This document shows positions 11,616 to 25,261 of a stretch of DNA of 64,000 nucleotides, in pieces. Under the pieces are notes generated by a model. That model searched no databases, was not told the origin of the DNA, and saw only the letters and a program-made list of their open reading frames with translations. The stretch is from assembly GCA_963764725.1 (NCBI GenBank), contig CAVXTM010000010.1, positions 192,001 through 256,000 on the forward strand. The letters run 5' to 3'. Position 1 is the first letter of the stretch; the number at the start of each line of letters is the position of its first letter. The translations under genes were made by a program, and so were the position numbers. The stretch is from an uncultured Gammaproteobacteria bacterium. GTDB taxonomy: Bacteria; Pseudomonadota; Gammaproteobacteria; JACCXJ01.

Positions 11616-12488
11616 TCAGAGACGCAGTAAGAGTTCTTCAGCCTTGCGGCGCCCGATCTCGATCAGCTCCCGCGCGCGGTGGAATTCGTGAAAGGCGCAG
11701 GCATTGGCGGGGATCTCGATGTAGACATCGGGGGAGTACGCGGCGAGCCTAAAACGAGCTATGACATGTTGCATCATGTCCATCGATCGGCCGGCGATCT
11801 CGATGAGACTCAGATCGCCGGGATCGCGCTGCTCGCGGCGCTGATAGAGCCCTTCGATGTAGCGCGCGATGCGCTGGTGGTAGAAGCTAAAGGGCCTCTC
11901 GGGCGCTGGATCGGCGCGGTTAAGCTGGGGGTCCGGCGTGCCGTTGAGACTGACCGCGACGGTGAGGTCGTTATGATCGTGCAAGGTCGGAGCGATCGGG
12001 ATCGGGTCCAACAACCCGCCATCGACGAGCTGCATGCCTTGATAGTCAAAGGGCGTAAAGATGGTCGGTATGGACATCGACGCTCGCACGGCATCAAACA
12101 AGGGTCCGCGGCGCAGCCACACCTCCTTGTGGGTGCGGAGTTCCGTCGCCACGGCCGTGAAGCTCACCGGTAGATCTTCGATATTGCGGTCGCCGATGAG
12201 ATCGCGCAACAAGTTGATGATCTTCTCACCCTTGAATAGGCCCTTGCGGTCAAACGCGAAATCGAGCAACCGGATCACATCGCCGCGTTCGAGCGCCGTG
12301 ACCCAGCGGGTATAAACATCCAGCCGCCCGGCAGCGTAAATCCCACCTACCAACGCACCTATGGAGGTGCCGGCAATCGAGCGGATATCTAAGCCGTTGT
12401 TCACGAGCGCCTGGATCACGCCGATATGCGCGAACCCGCGCGCCCCACCGCTCCCGAGAACCAGTGACACGGTGCGCGGCGCGCTCAT
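11616..12488 (-). CDS. Patatin-like phospholipase
   Basis: GSGGARG, GTSIG and DGG motifs. Confidence 0.92.
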   Translation of the reverse strand: MSAPRTVSLVLGSGGARGFAHIGVIQALVNNGLDIRSIAGTSIGALVGGIYAAGRLDVYTRWVTALERGDVIRLLDFAFDRKGLFKGEKIINLLRDLIGDRNIEDLPVSFTAVATELRTHKEVWLRRGPLFDAVRASMSIPTIFTPFDYQGMQLVDGGLLDPIPIAPTLHDHNDLTVAVSLNGTPDPQLNRADPAPERPFSFYHQRIARYIEGLYQRREQRDPGDLSLIEIAGRSMDMMQHVIARFRLAAYSPDVYIEIPANACAFHEFHRARELIEIGRRKAEELLLRL

Positions 12489-12533
12489 AACCTGACGCGA
12501 GCCAGCATCGGTGGGCCGCGGGAGATCCTGCGT

Positions 12534-13598
12534 CTAGCGGTGGTAGGGTAGGGATAACTCATGAACCGCATCGACCAGGACCCGGACGTGGTCTGGATCG
12601 ACCTCCGGCTCGATCCCGTGTCCCAGGTTGAATACATGGCCCGCGCCTTGGCCGTAGCTCGCGAGAATCGCGGCCACCTCCGTGCGTATCCGCTCGGGCG
12701 TCGCGAAGAGCACGGCGGGGTCCAGGTTACCTTGAAGGGCGACACGCTGACCGATGCGCCGTCTCGCCTCGCCGATGTCAATGTTCCAATCGAGGCCGAC
12801 GGCATCACAATCGCTCTCGGCCATCGCTTCCAGCCAGCCGCCTGATCCCTTGGTAAATACGATGACCGGGATCCGCTGCCCCTCGTGCTCCCGGCGCAGC
12901 GCGGCCAGCACCTGCCGCAGGTACCGCAACGAGAACTCATGGAAAGCCGCCGCCGTGAGCATGCCGCCCCAAGTATCGAAGATCATGAGCGCCTGAGCGC
13001 CGGCGGCCGCTTGTGCATTGAGATAGTCGGCCACCGCCCGCGCCAGCGTATCGAGCAGCCGGTGGGCGCTCCGCGACCTATCGTAGATCAGGCCCTTAAT
13101 ACGCCGGAAGCCTGTGCTGCTCCCGCCTTCGACCATGTACGTTGCAAGCGTCCACGGACTCCCGGCGAAGCCGATGAGCGGTAGCTTGCCGACGAGCTCC
13201 TTGCGGACGAGCCGGATGGCCTCCATCACGTAGCGCAGATCTTGCTCGGGATCGGGTACCGCCAAGGCGTTGATGTCTCCTTCGGTACGCACCGGACGCG
13301 CGAAGCGCGGGCCGATCCCTTCTCGCACCGTGAGGCCGAGGCCCATCGCATGCGGAATCGTGAGGATGTCAGAGAACAGAATGGCGGCGTCCAGCGGAAA
13401 GCGCGCAAGCGGTTGCAGCGTCACTTCGCACGCTAGCTCCGGTGTCGTGCACAAGGTCATGAAGTCCCCGGCCCGCTCGCGGGTTTCACGATATTCTGGA
13501 AGGTAGCGCCCGGCCTGGCGCATGAGCCAGATCGGTGTAACATCGACGGGTTGGCGCAAAAGCGCGCGCAGCAGCCGATCGTTCTTCAGTGACGGCAT
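12534..13598 (-). CDS. hemE: Uroporphyrinogen decarboxylase
   Basis: [22 protein letters not shown] and FNLGHGI. Confidence 0.97.
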   Translation of the reverse strand: MPSLKNDRLLRALLRQPVDVTPIWLMRQAGRYLPEYRETRERAGDFMTLCTTPELACEVTLQPLARFPLDAAILFSDILTIPHAMGLGLTVREGIGPRFARPVRTEGDINALAVPDPEQDLRYVMEAIRLVRKELVGKLPLIGFAGSPWTLATYMVEGGSSTGFRRIKGLIYDRSRSAHRLLDTLARAVADYLNAQAAAGAQALMIFDTWGGMLTAAAFHEFSLRYLRQVLAALRREHEGQRIPVIVFTKGSGGWLEAMAESDCDAVGLDWNIDIGEARRRIGQRVALQGNLDPAVLFATPERIRTEVAAILASYGQGAGHVFNLGHGIEPEVDPDHVRVLVDAVHELSLPYHR

Positions 13599-13649
13599 CG
13601 AATTTACTACGCGGGTTCGGCTGTGTGAACCGCGCCTATGGCGTTGGGA

Positions 13650-15098
13650 TTATGAAACCAGGGCCGGCAGGTCCGAACTCCCCATCAAGAACCTGTCGAT
13701 CCCGCGCGCCGCCGATCGACCCTCCGCGATGGCCCAAACGATGAGCGACTGGCCACGCTGCATATCGCCCGCGGTGAACACGCCGGGCGCACTAGTCATC
13801 CAATTCTTGTCGCGCAGGACATTGCCCCGCTCGGTGAGCTTCACCCCGAGCTGCTCCAGCATCCCGGGTTTCTCGGGACCGGTGAAGCCCATCGCCAGCA
13901 GCACCAGATCACAGGGCACCTCGAAACCCGATCCAGCGATCTCCTTGAAGCTTGGCCGGCCATTGACTTGTTCGATTTCTACTTGAACAAGTTCCAGGGC
14001 TACGACGTGGTCTCTCCCGTCGCCCTTAAACCGCTTGGTCGATACCGAATAGACCCGTTCGCCGCCTTCTTCGTGCGCGGACGACACCCGGTAAACATTC
14101 GGCCATAGCGGCCAGGGATTGTCTGGGGCGCGCTCTGCCGGGGGTCTGGAGAGAATCTCAAGTTGCTGCACCGAGGCCGCGCCTTGGCGGTGGACGGTGC
14201 CAAGGCAGTCGGCGCCGGTGTCGCCGCCGCCGATGATGACGACGTGCTTAGCGTGCGCCGTAATGAACTCGCCATCGGCCATGACATCCCCTTCACACCG
14301 GCGGTTTTGTTGAGTGAGATACTCCATCGCGAAATGAATTCCTTTAAGATCGCGCCCAGGGACCGGCAGATCACGAGGTGCGCACGCACCGCCGGTGAGC
14401 AGGATCGCATCGAACTCCCGGCGCAGCGCCTCGGCCGAGACATTATGCCCCACATGTGCGTTCGCCCGAAACTGTACGCCTTCCCGCTCGATCTGCCGCA
14501 AGCGCCGGTCGAGAACGCGCTTCTCCATCTTGAATTCCGGGATGCCGTAGCGCAGTAGGCCTCCGATCCGATCGGCGCGCTCGAATACCGTAACCGCATG
14601 CCCGGCGCGCCGCAACTGTTGGGCGGCCGCCAGCCCGGCCGGGCCCGAGCCGACGATCGCGACCCTTTTACCGGTTTCGAGCGCGGGAGGGGCGGGCTCG
14701 ATCCAACCCTCGGCAAACGCCCGATCGATGATCGTGAGCTCGACTGCCTTGATCGTCACCGGATCGTCATTGATACCGAGCACGCAGGCGCCCTCGCAGG
14801 GGGCGGGGCACAGGGTCCCGGTGAATTCTGGAAAGTTATTGGTCGCATGCAAGCGATCTATGGCCTCGCGCCAGAGATTTCGATAGACGAGATCGTTCCA
14901 ATCCGGGATCAGGTTGCCCAAGGGACAACCCTGGTGACAGAACGGGATCCCGCAATCCATGCAGCGCGCGGCTTGCTGCTTGAGCACTTCCTGGGGCCAC
15001 GGCGACATGACCTGACCCCAATCATGGACGCGCTTCTGGATGGGGCGGTACGGTTGCTTCTGGCGCTTGAATTCAACGAATCCGGTCACCTTACCCAT
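13650..15098 (-). CDS. gltD: Glutamate synthase small subunit
   Basis: [21 protein letters not shown] and GGGDTGADC. Confidence 0.96.
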   Translation of the reverse strand: MGKVTGFVEFKRQKQPYRPIQKRVHDWGQVMSPWPQEVLKQQAARCMDCGIPFCHQGCPLGNLIPDWNDLVYRNLWREAIDRLHATNNFPEFTGTLCPAPCEGACVLGINDDPVTIKAVELTIIDRAFAEGWIEPAPPALETGKRVAIVGSGPAGLAAAQQLRRAGHAVTVFERADRIGGLLRYGIPEFKMEKRVLDRRLRQIEREGVQFRANAHVGHNVSAEALRREFDAILLTGGACAPRDLPVPGRDLKGIHFAMEYLTQQNRRCEGDVMADGEFITAHAKHVVIIGGGDTGADCLGTVHRQGAASVQQLEILSRPPAERAPDNPWPLWPNVYRVSSAHEEGGERVYSVSTKRFKGDGRDHVVALELVQVEIEQVNGRPSFKEIAGSGFEVPCDLVLLAMGFTGPEKPGMLEQLGVKLTERGNVLRDKNWMTSAPGVFTAGDMQRGQSLIVWAIAEGRSAARGIDRFLMGSSDLPALVS

Positions 15099-18000
15099 GA
15101 GCGGCTTCCATGACTGCCTGTTCTTCCGGTACGCCGGTGGCCTGGGCTTTAACGATGGCCGCCAGCACGCGCTTGTAGTCTTTAGGCATGATCTTCACGA
15201 ATTTTTTCTGCATGGACGTCCAGTTAGCCAGGGCTTGGTGTGCGACCCTGCTCTGGGTACAGCGGGCATGACGGTGGAGCATGTCCTTGATGCAGTCAAT
15301 CTCCGCGGGATCGGCTAAAGGTTCGAGATCGACCATGCCGAGGTTGCAGCGGCGTTCGAAGCCGCCGTCGAGATTCAGCACGTAGGCGATGCCGCCTGAC
15401 ATCCCGGCCGCGAAGTTGCGCCCGGTCCGTCCCAGCACCAGGACGCGGCCCCCGGTCATATATTCGCAGGCGTGGTCTCCGACACCCTCGACCACGGCAA
15501 GCGCGCCGCTATTGCGTACCGCGAAGCGCTCGCCTGCGACGCCGCGTATATAAACTTCGCCGCCGGTGGCCCCGTAGAGTACCACGTTACCGACGATGAT
15601 ATTATCCTCGGCGACCAAGGTGGAATGCCGCGGCGGGTGGAGAATGATCTTGCCTCCCGATAGACCCTTGGCGAGGTAGTCGTTGGCGTCGCCCTCGAGG
15701 GTCATGGTCACGCCGCGCGGCAGGAAGGCTCCGAAGCTTTGGCCCGCCGAACCCGTGAAATGGATGCGTATGGTGTTGTCGGGCAGGCCTTCGGCGCCGT
15801 AGCGGCGCGTGATCTCGTAGCCGAGGAGGGTGCCTACGGTGCGGTTGATGTTGCGGATAGGAAGAATGATGTTGAGCGGTTTTCGCTCCTCCAGCGCCGC
15901 CCGGCAAAGCGGAATGAGTGTTATTCTATCCAGAGATTTGTCGAGCTCGTGATCTTGCTCCCGGATCCTGCGAATCGCGACCTCCGGACCCATCTGCGGC
16001 CGGTGCAGGATCTGCGAGAAATCCAAGCCCTTCGCCTTCCAGTGCACGATGGCCTTCTTCATATCCAGCTTGTCCACCCGTCCGATCATCTCGTCCACGG
16101 TACGGAAGCCGAGCCGTGACATGTTCTCGCGGATCTCCTGGGCGATGAAACGGAAAAAGTTTTCAACAAACTTGGGCTCACCGTTGAACTTTTTGCGAAG
16201 CTCCGGATCCTGGGTCGCGATGCCGACCGGACAGGTGTTGAGGTGGCAGACGCGCATCATGATACAACCCATGACCACGAGCGGCGCGGTCGAGAAACCG
16301 TATTCCTCGGCGCCGAGGAGAGCGGCGATCACCACATCGCGTCCCGTCTTGAGTTGGCCGTCGGTCTGCACCACGATGCGGTCGCGGAGCTTGTTCATGA
16401 CCAATACCTGCTGGGTTTCCGCGAGACCGAGCTCCCAAGGCACCCCGGCATGCTTGAGCGAGGTTACGGGCGAGGCCCCGGTGCCTCCATCGTAGCCCGA
16501 TATCAGTACCACATCGGCGTGCGCCTTGGCGACGCCGGCGGCGATGGTTCCAACGCCAACCTCCGCCACGAGCTTGACGTGGATGCGCGCTCGTGGATTC
16601 GAGTTCTTGAGATCGTAGATGAGCTGGGCGAGGTCCTCGATCGAGTAGATATCGTGATGCGGGGGCGGTGAAATCAAACCGACCCCCGGTGTCGAAAAAC
16701 GTACCTTGGCGATCCAAGGATAGACCTTGTGTCCGGGTAACTGTCCGCCCTCGCCGGGCTTTGCGCCTTGGGCGATCTTGATCTGGACGTCATCGGCATT
16801 AACGAGGTACTCGCTGGTGACGCCGAAGCGGCCCGAGGCCACCTGTTTGACGGCGCTGCGGCGCAAGTCTCCGTTCGCATCGGGTTTGAAGCGCGCGGGA
16901 TCTTCGCCGCCTTCGCCGGTGTTGGATTTGGCGCCCATACGGTTCATGGCGATTGCGAGCGTCTCGTGCGCTTCTTGGCTGATCGAGCCATAGGACATCG
17001 CGCCGGTCGCGAAGCGCTTGAGGATCGATTCCGCCGGCTCCACTTCTTCCAGCGGGATTGGATTTTCCGCCAGCTTGAATTCGAACAAGCCACGCAAGGT
17101 AGCCAGGTTCTCGTTCTGTTCGTCAACTAGGCGGGTGTACTCCTTGAAGACTTTGTATTGTCCGGTACGCGTCGCATGCTGCAGCTTGAAAACCGTCTCG
17201 GGATTGAAGAGATGGTACTCGCCGTCGCGCCGCCACTGATATTCGCCGCCCCAGTCGAGATCGGGTTTCCCGGCCGGACGCTCCGTGAACGCGCGGTGGT
17301 GGCGCAACGCGATCTCCTTGGCGATCACCTCGAGCCCAATCCCGCCGATACGCGACGCGGTCCGGGTAAAGTAGGCATCGACTAATTCCTGCTCTAATCC
17401 CACGGCCTCGAAGATCTGGGCGCCACGATAGGATTGGATCGTGGAGATCCCCACTTTGGATATGACCTTGAGCACGCCCTTGTTCAAGGCCTTGATGTAG
17501 TTTTTCACCGCTCGGGCCTGATCGACGCCTTCCAACAGCCCCTGATGAATCATGTCGTCGAGGGTCTCAAATGCCAAATAGGGATTGATGGCGCCGGCCC
17601 CGTAACCGATGAGCACGGCGGCATGATGAACCTCGCGCGGCTCGCCGGTTTCCACAACCAGGCCCGCCTTGACGCGCGTGCCTTCGCGGACCAGATGGTG
17701 ATGCACGCCGGCGGTCGCGAGTAACGCCGGTATCGGTGCGAAATGCTCGTTGACGCCGCGATCGGAGAGAATGATGTAGGTCGATCCCTCGCCGATGGCT
17801 TGGCTCGCACACGCGCAGATATCCTGCATGGCCCGTGCGAGCCCGCTGCCGCCGTCGGCGGCCGGGAACAAGATCGGAATGGTTACCGAGCGAAATCCAG
17901 GCAGATCGAGGTGGCGGATCTTAGCGAGCTCGCGGTTGTCGAGGATCGGCGTTTTGAGTTTTAATAACCGGCAGCTCTCGGGTCCGGGGGCGAGCAGGTT

Positions 18001-19722
18001 GCCTTCGGGTCCGATGGGGGTCTCGGTCTGGGTGACCAACTCTTCGCGAATACCGTCGAGAGGCGGGTTCGTCACCTGCGCGAAAAGCTGCTTAAAGTAA
18101 TCGTAGAGCAATCTCGGGCGATTCGATAGCACCGCCAGCGCGGCGTCCGTGCCCATCGACCCGATGGGCTCTTCGCCGGTCTTCGCCATGGGCGCCATGA
18201 TGAGCCGCAGATCCTCGTGCGTATACCCAAACGCTTGCTGCCGCCTGAGGACCGTTGCGTGATCGGGTTCGTGCACTTCGGGCGGCTCGGGTAACTGTTC
18301 GAGCGGCACGATGCTCTGCGAGAGCCATGCGCGGTAGGGGTGGGCACTCGCAAAGGTGTGCTTGAGCTCCGCGTCATCGATGATGCGTCCTTCGCGGGTA
18401 TCGACGAGGAAGATACGTCCGGGGTGCAGGCGTTCCTTAATCAAAACGTTTTCCGGTGGAATGTCCAGTACACCCACCTCGGAGGCCATGACCACTATAC
18501 CGTCCTTGGTGACGTAGTAACGAGACGGGCGCAAACCGTTCCGATCAAGCACCGCGCCGATCACTGTTCCATCCGTGAACGCTATGGAAGCGGGCCCGTC
18601 CCAGGGCTCCATCAGGCAGCCGTGGTAGTCGTAAAATGCCTTGCGTTCATCGTTCATCGACTCATGTCCGCTCCAGGCCTCCGGGATCATCATCAGTACC
18701 GCGTGCGCGAGCGGACGGCCGCTCATATGCAAGAACTCCAGCACGTTATCGAAGCACCCCGAATCGCTGCCCTCCTCATCGATGATCGGGAACAGCTTTT
18801 TGAGGTCCTCGCCAAAAAGGGGCGAAGCGCAAAGCGCCTCTCGGGCACGCATCCAATTGATATTGCCTCGCAAGGTGTTGATCTCGCCGTTGTGGGCGAT
18901 GTAGCGGAACGGTTGCGCGAGCGGCCAGGAGGGAAAGGTATTCGTCGAAAAGCGCTGATGCACTAAGGCCAGCGCGGATTCGACGGCCGGATCGACGATA
19001 TCGGGAAACATCGCTTCGATTTGATTCCCGGTCAACATCCCCTTGTAAATCAGTGTGCGGCACGACAGGCTTGGGATGTAGAACATGTCACGCTCGGACA
19101 GATCGGAGCCCCGGACTGCGTGCTCAATGCGTTTGCGGATCACATATAAGCGGCGTTCGAAGGCGGCCTCATCGCCGATCTTCGCCGAGCAGCCGATGAA
19201 CACTTGCTTGAAGCCCGGTTCCACGGCTTGCGCCGAGGCGCCGATGAGCGTGTCGTCGGCGGGGACCGCCCTCCAGCCGAGCACCCGCTGACCTTCCTCT
19301 CTTATGATGGCCTCGAAACGATCGCGGCACACCCGCGCTTGGGCCGGGTCCCGCGGCAGAAAGACCAAGCCAGCGCCGTACTGGCCGAGGGCCGGCAGGT
19401 TTATCCCGAGTGTGGCGCATTCGCGGGCGAGAAACCCGTGTGGTATTTGCAGCAGTATGCCGCAGCCGTCGCCGGTATTGACTTCACACCCGCACGCGCC
19501 GCGATGCATGAGATTTTTTAGGATCGTCAATGCTTGCATCACGATGGTATGGGATTGTCTCCCCTTTATGTCGGCCACGAAGCCGACACCGCAAGCGTCA
19601 TGCTCGAATGCAGGGTCATAAAGACCCTCTTTCGCATGTCCAACCCAATGCATAGCTACGTCACCACCCTGATGAGTTAAAACTCGAATATTACTTACGT
19701 GTTTATTCGAGATCATGGGCAT
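15091..19722 (-). CDS. gltB: Glutamate synthase large subunit (true start may be slightly downstream)
   Basis: [29 protein letters not shown] and [13 protein letters not shown]. Confidence 0.97.
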   Translation of the reverse strand: MPMISNKHVSNIRVLTHQGGDVAMHWVGHAKEGLYDPAFEHDACGVGFVADIKGRQSHTIVMQALTILKNLMHRGACGCEVNTGDGCGILLQIPHGFLARECATLGINLPALGQYGAGLVFLPRDPAQARVCRDRFEAIIREEGQRVLGWRAVPADDTLIGASAQAVEPGFKQVFIGCSAKIGDEAAFERRLYVIRKRIEHAVRGSDLSERDMFYIPSLSCRTLIYKGMLTGNQIEAMFPDIVDPAVESALALVHQRFSTNTFPSWPLAQPFRYIAHNGEINTLRGNINWMRAREALCASPLFGEDLKKLFPIIDEEGSDSGCFDNVLEFLHMSGRPLAHAVLMMIPEAWSGHESMNDERKAFYDYHGCLMEPWDGPASIAFTDGTVIGAVLDRNGLRPSRYYVTKDGIVVMASEVGVLDIPPENVLIKERLHPGRIFLVDTREGRIIDDAELKHTFASAHPYRAWLSQSIVPLEQLPEPPEVHEPDHATVLRRQQAFGYTHEDLRLIMAPMAKTGEEPIGSMGTDAALAVLSNRPRLLYDYFKQLFAQVTNPPLDGIREELVTQTETPIGPEGNLLAPGPESCRLLKLKTPILDNRELAKIRHLDLPGFRSVTIPILFPAADGGSGLARAMQDICACASQAIGEGSTYIILSDRGVNEHFAPIPALLATAGVHHHLVREGTRVKAGLVVETGEPREVHHAAVLIGYGAGAINPYLAFETLDDMIHQGLLEGVDQARAVKNYIKALNKGVLKVISKVGISTIQSYRGAQIFEAVGLEQELVDAYFTRTASRIGGIGLEVIAKEIALRHHRAFTERPAGKPDLDWGGEYQWRRDGEYHLFNPETVFKLQHATRTGQYKVFKEYTRLVDEQNENLATLRGLFEFKLAENPIPLEEVEPAESILKRFATGAMSYGSISQEAHETLAIAMNRMGAKSNTGEGGEDPARFKPDANGDLRRSAVKQVASGRFGVTSEYLVNADDVQIKIAQGAKPGEGGQLPGHKVYPWIAKVRFSTPGVGLISPPPHHDIYSIEDLAQLIYDLKNSNPRARIHVKLVAEVGVGTIAAGVAKAHADVVLISGYDGGTGASPVTSLKHAGVPWELGLAETQQVLVMNKLRDRIVVQTDGQLKTGRDVVIAALLGAEEYGFSTAPLVVMGCIMMRVCHLNTCPVGIATQDPELRKKFNGEPKFVENFFRFIAQEIRENMSRLGFRTVDEMIGRVDKLDMKKAIVHWKAKGLDFSQILHRPQMGPEVAIRRIREQDHELDKSLDRITLIPLCRAALEERKPLNIILPIRNINRTVGTLLGYEITRRYGAEGLPDNTIRIHFTGSAGQSFGAFLPRGVTMTLEGDANDYLAKGLSGGKIILHPPRHSTLVAEDNIIVGNVVLYGATGGEVYIRGVAGERFAVRNSGALAVVEGVGDHACEYMTGGRVLVLGRTGRNFAAGMSGGIAYVLNLDGGFERRCNLGMVDLEPLADPAEIDCIKDMLHRHARCTQSRVAHQALANWTSMQKKFVKIMPKDYKRVLAAIVKAQATGVPEEQAVMEAAHG

Positions 19723-19928
19723 AAGCGCCTAGCGCAGAGATCCGCCTAGGCATGTCTATACGAGCCCCTCTCCGGGTCCTGTCTAGCCACGACCGGCACA
19801 TGAGTATATAACCGCGATTCGGGAGTGTCACGGCGTTCGCGTTAATGCCTTTTCAACCTATGGCTTTTCGATGGTAGCGCGGCGGGGCGACAAATTAGCC
19901 CCTTTCGTGCTCGCTTGAGCGTTGGGAA

Positions 19929-21374
19929 CTACCGCTGCGGCGGGTTTCCCAGCGCTTTCAAGTCGGCGATTCGCCGCGGCCAGGGTTGTTGGGCTTGTAT
20001 CGCCTTGGGTAAGGTTCGCACGGCCGCGCTTGCGGCGCGGCGATCGGGGAACGGACCGAGGACGACGAGGTACCACGCCTGACCCTTGCGCCGGATCGCA
20101 ACCACGCGCGCCCGGCCGCCGAGCTGATGCTGTGCCAGGAACCGTTCGCCGGCAGCCGGATCCCGGATCGCAAGCAGTTGTAACACGTACTGGTCGGGTG
20201 GGGGTGGCCGCGGGAGCGTCAGCACAGGTTCGATCCGGGCGTTTTCTCCGGCCGTGGGTGCGGCGAGGCCGGATTTGAGCCTCGGTTGGCTAATCTTCGG
20301 CGATTGCGGCGGCGCGGCGGCAAGCGGCGCTTGTTTCGGCGGGGAAAGCTCGATCGGCGGCGGATCCTCGGAAGGGAGGCGAAGGAATCGGTCTTGGAGG
20401 GAGTCGACCGCGATAATGACACTCGCCGCGGCGAGCAATGCGGCGACGGTGTTAAGACGCCATTGGTACTTCGCGATGGAACCGAAGCGCGGCGAGGATT
20501 CTTCATGCTCACTCCCGGTGGGCGATGGTTGCTTGACGGTTTGCCGCATGAGGTGATCGATGCGTCCGGGGGATCCGGCGGATCCCCCATGTATTCGCGC
20601 GGCCTCGGTCCCGTCCAGCGGCAGAAAGCTCGCTAAGCCCCGGCGGTTGTAGCGGGCCTCGAGATAGGCCCGCGTCTGCTCGAGGGTAAAAGACGGCATA
20701 TACAAAATATGGACGATAGTCTCTCGCAGGGACTGGAGCTCCGGGGCCTCAAGTATGGTGTTAATGTGCGGCTCACACAGCAAGACAACACGCAACGCGT
20801 CAAGCTTGGAGCGTCCGCGCGCAAACAGGAGCTTGAGCGCATCGGCGGGCAGCTCATGGGCGTCATCAACGAATAACACCGTAATGAGACTACTTTTTTC
20901 ACGCTGACGGAGGATCGCGCCGATCGCCTCGGTCAATGCCTCGCGATCCGCTCCCACCGCGCTGGCGCCGACCGAGGCCGCGAGGTCCCTCAGGAGCGAG
21001 CGGGAGTCGAGCATGGGATTCGCATTAAATCGCGTTACTAACCAGGTGTCCGGCGCCCGCGCTAGCACTTGGTCGGCGAGCGTGGTTTTTCCGCTCTGGC
21101 GCTCGCCGATCACGAGCAGTAGCCGATCGCTGTGGTCGATAAGGTGGCGGATGAGCTCCAGCCGTTGCGTCAAGGCCGGTGTTGTGAAGTAGAACTCCGC
21201 TTCGGGCCCGGGCGACGTTTCTCCAGGGTGGTCCGGAGCAGGCGCTTCGGGGACGCGCACCGCTATGCGCTCACGCGCCGGCCTATCCAGCGCGGCGGTT
21301 TGAATACCGCATTTAGGCGGGGAGGGGCTCCGCACGACATGCGGCGAGTGTATGACGCAAGCAGCCTCTGTCAT
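19929..21374 (-). CDS. AAA ATPase plus SPOR-domain protein (DamX-like), start uncertain
   Basis: [13 protein letters not shown], a TM segment and a C-terminal SPOR domain (YVLQL...WYLVVLGPF...PWPR). It lies after aroB. Confidence 0.8.
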   Translation of the reverse strand: MTEAACVIHSPHVVRSPSPPKCGIQTAALDRPARERIAVRVPEAPAPDHPGETSPGPEAEFYFTTPALTQRLELIRHLIDHSDRLLLVIGERQSGKTTLADQVLARAPDTWLVTRFNANPMLDSRSLLRDLAASVGASAVGADREALTEAIGAILRQREKSSLITVLFVDDAHELPADALKLLFARGRSKLDALRVVLLCEPHINTILEAPELQSLRETIVHILYMPSFTLEQTRAYLEARYNRRGLASFLPLDGTEAARIHGGSAGSPGRIDHLMRQTVKQPSPTGSEHEESSPRFGSIAKYQWRLNTVAALLAAASVIIAVDSLQDRFLRLPSEDPPPIELSPPKQAPLAAAPPQSPKISQPRLKSGLAAPTAGENARIEPVLTLPRPPPPDQYVLQLLAIRDPAAGERFLAQHQLGGRARVVAIRRKGQAWYLVVLGPFPDRRAASAAVRTLPKAIQAQQPWPRRIADLKALGNPPQR

Positions 21375-22401
21375 AGTCCCCCGTGACGACCGCCTGACCG
21401 ATTTTCTTCAGTAACACGAGACGAAGGGTGCCGTCCAGAGCTTTTTTGTCGACTGCCATGAGACGCAACATCCGATCGGTGGAGAGCGGGCAGCGCACAG
21501 GTAACTCCGCCTGTCGCAGCAGGGACTCGATGCGCCTTAATTCGTCTTCGCCCAGCCAACCGAGCCGCACCGACAGATCCGCGGCCATGGAAAGCCCGGC
21601 CGCAACGGCTTCCCCGTGCAACCAGGCGCCATAGCCGAGGCCGGTCTCGATGGCATGGCCGAAGGTGTGGCCAAGATTGAGCATTGCGCGCATGCCGGAC
21701 TCGCGCTCGTCGGCGGCGACGACCTCGGCTTTGATAGCACACGAGCGCTCGATGACATAACTAAGCGCCGCGGGATCGCGTCCCAGGAGGCGCGGCAGGT
21801 AACTCTCCAGCCACGCAAAGAAATCGCCATCGCGGATGAGGCCGTACTTGATCACTTCGGCCAAACCGGCCCGGAATTCTCTGGGATGTAGGGTGACCAG
21901 CGTATCGATGTCGGCGATGACGCAACGGGGCTGGTGGAAAGCCCCGATCATGTTCTTCCCGAGCCGATGATTCACGCCCGTTTTTCCGCCGACCGACGAG
22001 TCAACTTGGGACAAAAGCGTGGTCGGGATCTGGACAAAATTCACGCCACGCTGATAGCAAGCCGCGGCAAATCCGGTAATATCCCCGACCACCCCGCCGC
22101 CAAGCGCGATCAAGGTACAGCGCCGATCAAAGCGGCGTTCCAGCAGTGCGGTGATGATGCGGTTCATGGTCTCGAGCGTCTTGTATTCTTCTCCGTCGGG
22201 AAGAGTCACGCTGCCGGTATCGTAATCGCTGAGATGCGCCGTCACCCGAGCCATATAGAGCGGCGCCACGGTCTCGTTCGACACGATCATCACCTGCGCA
22301 TCAGGGAGATAGGGGGTGAGGAGCGCGCGCCTATCGATCAAGCCCGCGCCGATGAAAATCGGATAGCTACGCGGGCCGAGCTCTAGGCGCAGGGTCTTCA
22401 T
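21313..22401 (-). CDS. aroB: 3-dehydroquinate synthase
   Basis: [25 protein letters not shown] and NLGHTFGHA. Confidence 0.97.
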   Translation of the reverse strand: MKTLRLELGPRSYPIFIGAGLIDRRALLTPYLPDAQVMIVSNETVAPLYMARVTAHLSDYDTGSVTLPDGEEYKTLETMNRIITALLERRFDRRCTLIALGGGVVGDITGFAAACYQRGVNFVQIPTTLLSQVDSSVGGKTGVNHRLGKNMIGAFHQPRCVIADIDTLVTLHPREFRAGLAEVIKYGLIRDGDFFAWLESYLPRLLGRDPAALSYVIERSCAIKAEVVAADERESGMRAMLNLGHTFGHAIETGLGYGAWLHGEAVAAGLSMAADLSVRLGWLGEDELRRIESLLRQAELPVRCPLSTDRMLRLMAVDKKALDGTLRLVLLKKIGQAVVTGDYDRGCLRHTLAACRAEPLPA

Positions 22402-22922
22402 CGCTGTTCGACGAAATGACGGATCTCGGTGATGACCTGCCTTAGCGTGCGGCCGTCGGTATTGATGACCAGGTCCGCAACCTCGCGATAGAGCGGATCG
22501 CGGTGTCTAAGAAGCTCCTGCAACGTGTGCTGCGGATCCACCGTCTGCAATAACGGACGATTGATATCCCGGCGCGTGCGTGTAAACAGCCGATCGGCCG
22601 AGGCCCGCAAGTACACGGCTATCCCGCGAGTCTTAATACACTCCCGATTGTAGGCATCGATTACGGCGCCACCCCCGGTGGCTAGTACCATGTTTTGCTG
22701 CAGCGTGAGCTCGTCGATGATCTTGCTTTCCCGACGGCGAAAGCCCGCTTCTCCTTCGATGTCGAAAATGAGCGCCACACTGGCTCCGGTCCTTGCTTCT
22801 ATTTCACGATCGCTGTCGTGAAACTCCTTAACCATGGATCGCGCAAGCTGCCGCCCGATGGTAGTCTTACCGGCGCCCATCGGTCCGATGAGAAAGATAT
22901 TACCGGATTGACACGAAAGCAA
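22398..22922 (-). CDS. aroK: Shikimate kinase
   Basis: [23 protein letters not shown] and RPLL. Confidence 0.96.
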   Translation of the reverse strand: MLSCQSGNIFLIGPMGAGKTTIGRQLARSMVKEFHDSDREIEARTGASVALIFDIEGEAGFRRRESKIIDELTLQQNMVLATGGGAVIDAYNRECIKTRGIAVYLRASADRLFTRTRRDINRPLLQTVDPQHTLQELLRHRDPLYREVADLVINTDGRTLRQVITEIRHFVEQR

Positions 22923-23059
22923 CGCTTGAGGATCTCGTTGAAAGACTCGGCACGATCACTGTACCGGTTCGTTGGAAACGACGCAAACCGCCCGGATGCG
23001 GCTCATCCCTGAGCCGTGCTGGAACTCTAGATCCCCCCGGGTGGCGCTTGCGGAGGGCG

Positions 23060-25243
23060 TTACCTCAAGCTCAAGGATTCCTTGATGATGCGCGGGGTGA
23101 CGAAGATCAACAACTCGTCCTTGTTGCGCACATTCGCCGAATTCTTGAACAGCGGCCCGACATACGGCAGCTCTCCGAAGAACGGGACCCGTCGTGAATT
23201 GTTGCTATTAGTCTGTTCATAGACCCCTCCTAGTACCACCGTCTCGCCGTTATCGACCAGCACTTCGCTCTGGACGTTGCGAGTATCGATACAGGGGACA
23301 TCCGCGATGGCGCATTGGAAGGGCGCGTCTTTATGGACATTGAGGCTCATGTTGATGCGATCATCCGGGGTAATGTGCGGGGTCACCCGCAGGCTCAACA
23401 CGGCTTTTTTGAAGCTGATGGATGTGGCACCACTCGATGACGCCTCCCTATAGGGGACCTCGGTGCCCTGTTCGATGACGGCTTCTTTTTGATCGGCCGT
23501 GATTACGCGCGGGCTCGAGATGATCTCCCCGCGTCCTTCGGCTTGAAGTGCGGAAAGTTCGAGCTGCAGTAAATAACTCCCAATCTTTCCGATCGCCAAC
23601 CCGATCGCGCCCGCGGGGGTGGAAGCCGTGGGCAGGTCAACGATGAAGTCCTCGAGGTCATCGGTCGAGAACGCCGTCGTTTCGCCGAAATCGGTGTCGC
23701 CTGGCCGCTTACCACCAACCACCACGCCAAAATTATCCGTGGATAACCCGGAATTCTTGCTGTAACCGAATTTAACCCCGAGCTCCTTGGTGAAATCCTG
23801 GTTTGCGATCACGATGCGTGATTCGATCAGCACCTGCCGTACGGGCACATCCAGGGTCGTGATCACCTGGCGCATCTCCGCCAATTTCTCGGCCGTCTCT
23901 TGAATCAAAAGCGTATTGGTGCGCTGGTCAACCGAGACATTACCGCGTTCGGTCAAAAGCTTGTTTTCCTCAGCCTTGAGGAGGGTTGCGAGATCCCCCG
24001 CCTTGGCATAGTTAATCTCGACGAACTCGGTCCTAAGCGGCGCCAGTTCGGCGATTTGCTTTTGTGTCTCAAGCTCGAGTTTTTCGCGCTGCGCGATCTC
24101 CTCTTGCGGTGCGACCATGATGACGTTGCCGGCCTTCCGCATTCCCAGCCCCTTGGATTTTAGGATGATCTCCAGGCCTTGATCCCAAGGCACGTTCTTT
24201 AGCCGCAAGGTCACATTACCGGTCACCGTATCCGAGGCGACCAGATTGAGGCCGGTAAAGTCAGCGATGAGCTGCAATACCGCCCGGACCTCGATGTCCT
24301 GGAAATTCAAGGACAGCCGTTCCCCGGTATAGCCGAACTTCGCCTTCTTCACCGCTTCTTCTTGCTCCTTGGTGAGCGGTTTTACTTCCACCGTGAGGAT
24401 GTTATCGGATTGGTAGGCCAGGTGCTCGTAGTATCCGGTGGGTGTAATGGCCATGCGGATCCCGCCTTCGTAAGCGAAGCTGTCGATTTCTTTCACCGGC
24501 GTTGCAAAATCCAGTACGTCGAGACGCCGATCGAGGCGCTCCGGCAAGCGAGCATCGACAAAATCAATCAGGATCTGATTGCCTTCTTCATGTATATTCG
24601 AGGCAATTGATGCGTCCGACAATACCACCACGACACGCGCCTCGCCCCCCTCGCCACGCCGGAAGTCGATGTCCTTGATATGGGGTCCGCGCAGTGCGGG
24701 TTCCGGCGGGGCTTTCGGTACCTGTGCGGTGGGCGTGGGATGCGCCGCGACGGGCTGTCTTAGGGGCGCGGGCCGCGCCGCTGTTACGGCTGCCGGCGTA
24801 GCACCACCTAGCGTTATCACCACCGCGTTTCCGTCTTTTCTCAACTGGTAGGGAACCAACCGTACCAGGTTCAGTACGACGCGGGTGCGTCCACCCGCCT
24901 CTACGGCACTCACGCTTTGCGCCGGTCCAATTCCGATGGCGCGATGCTTCGCGGATAGGTTTATACGCGTCTCAGGTAGATCGAGGGCGATGCGCGCCGG
25001 GTTATCGATCGTAAAAGTGAGCGGATCTCGCGCTAGGGGATTCGAAAGCTGTAATCGAATTTGCACCTCGTCCCCCGGCAGGGTCGTAAAGGTGACCGCA
25101 TCTAGGCTGTTTTGGGCCGCCCATGCCATGGACGACAGCGTCAACGCCAAGCTCAGCGCGATGCTGCTCCCTACCCTTGACGCCACATCCCGCAACTCGG
25201 TTCCAATCATTTCGTGAATCCCCCAATATCGGTGTGTATTCAT
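23060..25243 (-). CDS. pilQ: Type IV pilus secretin
   Basis: YTGERLSLNFQDI, VPWDQ and the secretin C-terminus ELLIFVTPRII. Confidence 0.96.
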   Translation of the reverse strand: MNTHRYWGIHEMIGTELRDVASRVGSSIALSLALTLSSMAWAAQNSLDAVTFTTLPGDEVQIRLQLSNPLARDPLTFTIDNPARIALDLPETRINLSAKHRAIGIGPAQSVSAVEAGGRTRVVLNLVRLVPYQLRKDGNAVVITLGGATPAAVTAARPAPLRQPVAAHPTPTAQVPKAPPEPALRGPHIKDIDFRRGEGGEARVVVVLSDASIASNIHEEGNQILIDFVDARLPERLDRRLDVLDFATPVKEIDSFAYEGGIRMAITPTGYYEHLAYQSDNILTVEVKPLTKEQEEAVKKAKFGYTGERLSLNFQDIEVRAVLQLIADFTGLNLVASDTVTGNVTLRLKNVPWDQGLEIILKSKGLGMRKAGNVIMVAPQEEIAQREKLELETQKQIAELAPLRTEFVEINYAKAGDLATLLKAEENKLLTERGNVSVDQRTNTLLIQETAEKLAEMRQVITTLDVPVRQVLIESRIVIANQDFTKELGVKFGYSKNSGLSTDNFGVVVGGKRPGDTDFGETTAFSTDDLEDFIVDLPTASTPAGAIGLAIGKIGSYLLQLELSALQAEGRGEIISSPRVITADQKEAVIEQGTEVPYREASSSGATSISFKKAVLSLRVTPHITPDDRINMSLNVHKDAPFQCAIADVPCIDTRNVQSEVLVDNGETVVLGGVYEQTNSNNSRRVPFFGELPYVGPLFKNSANVRNKDELLIFVTPRIIKESLSLR

Positions 25244-25261
25244 GTGTCTACCCCTCCAGGC

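Noticed and set aside
19964-19981. 18-nt match to the CRISPR repeat core (CGGCGATTCGCCGCGGCC)
   Set aside because: It lies in the SPOR domain coding sequence (WPRRIAD on the minus strand), is GC-rich and lacks the ATTGAAGC end, so it is probably coincidence.
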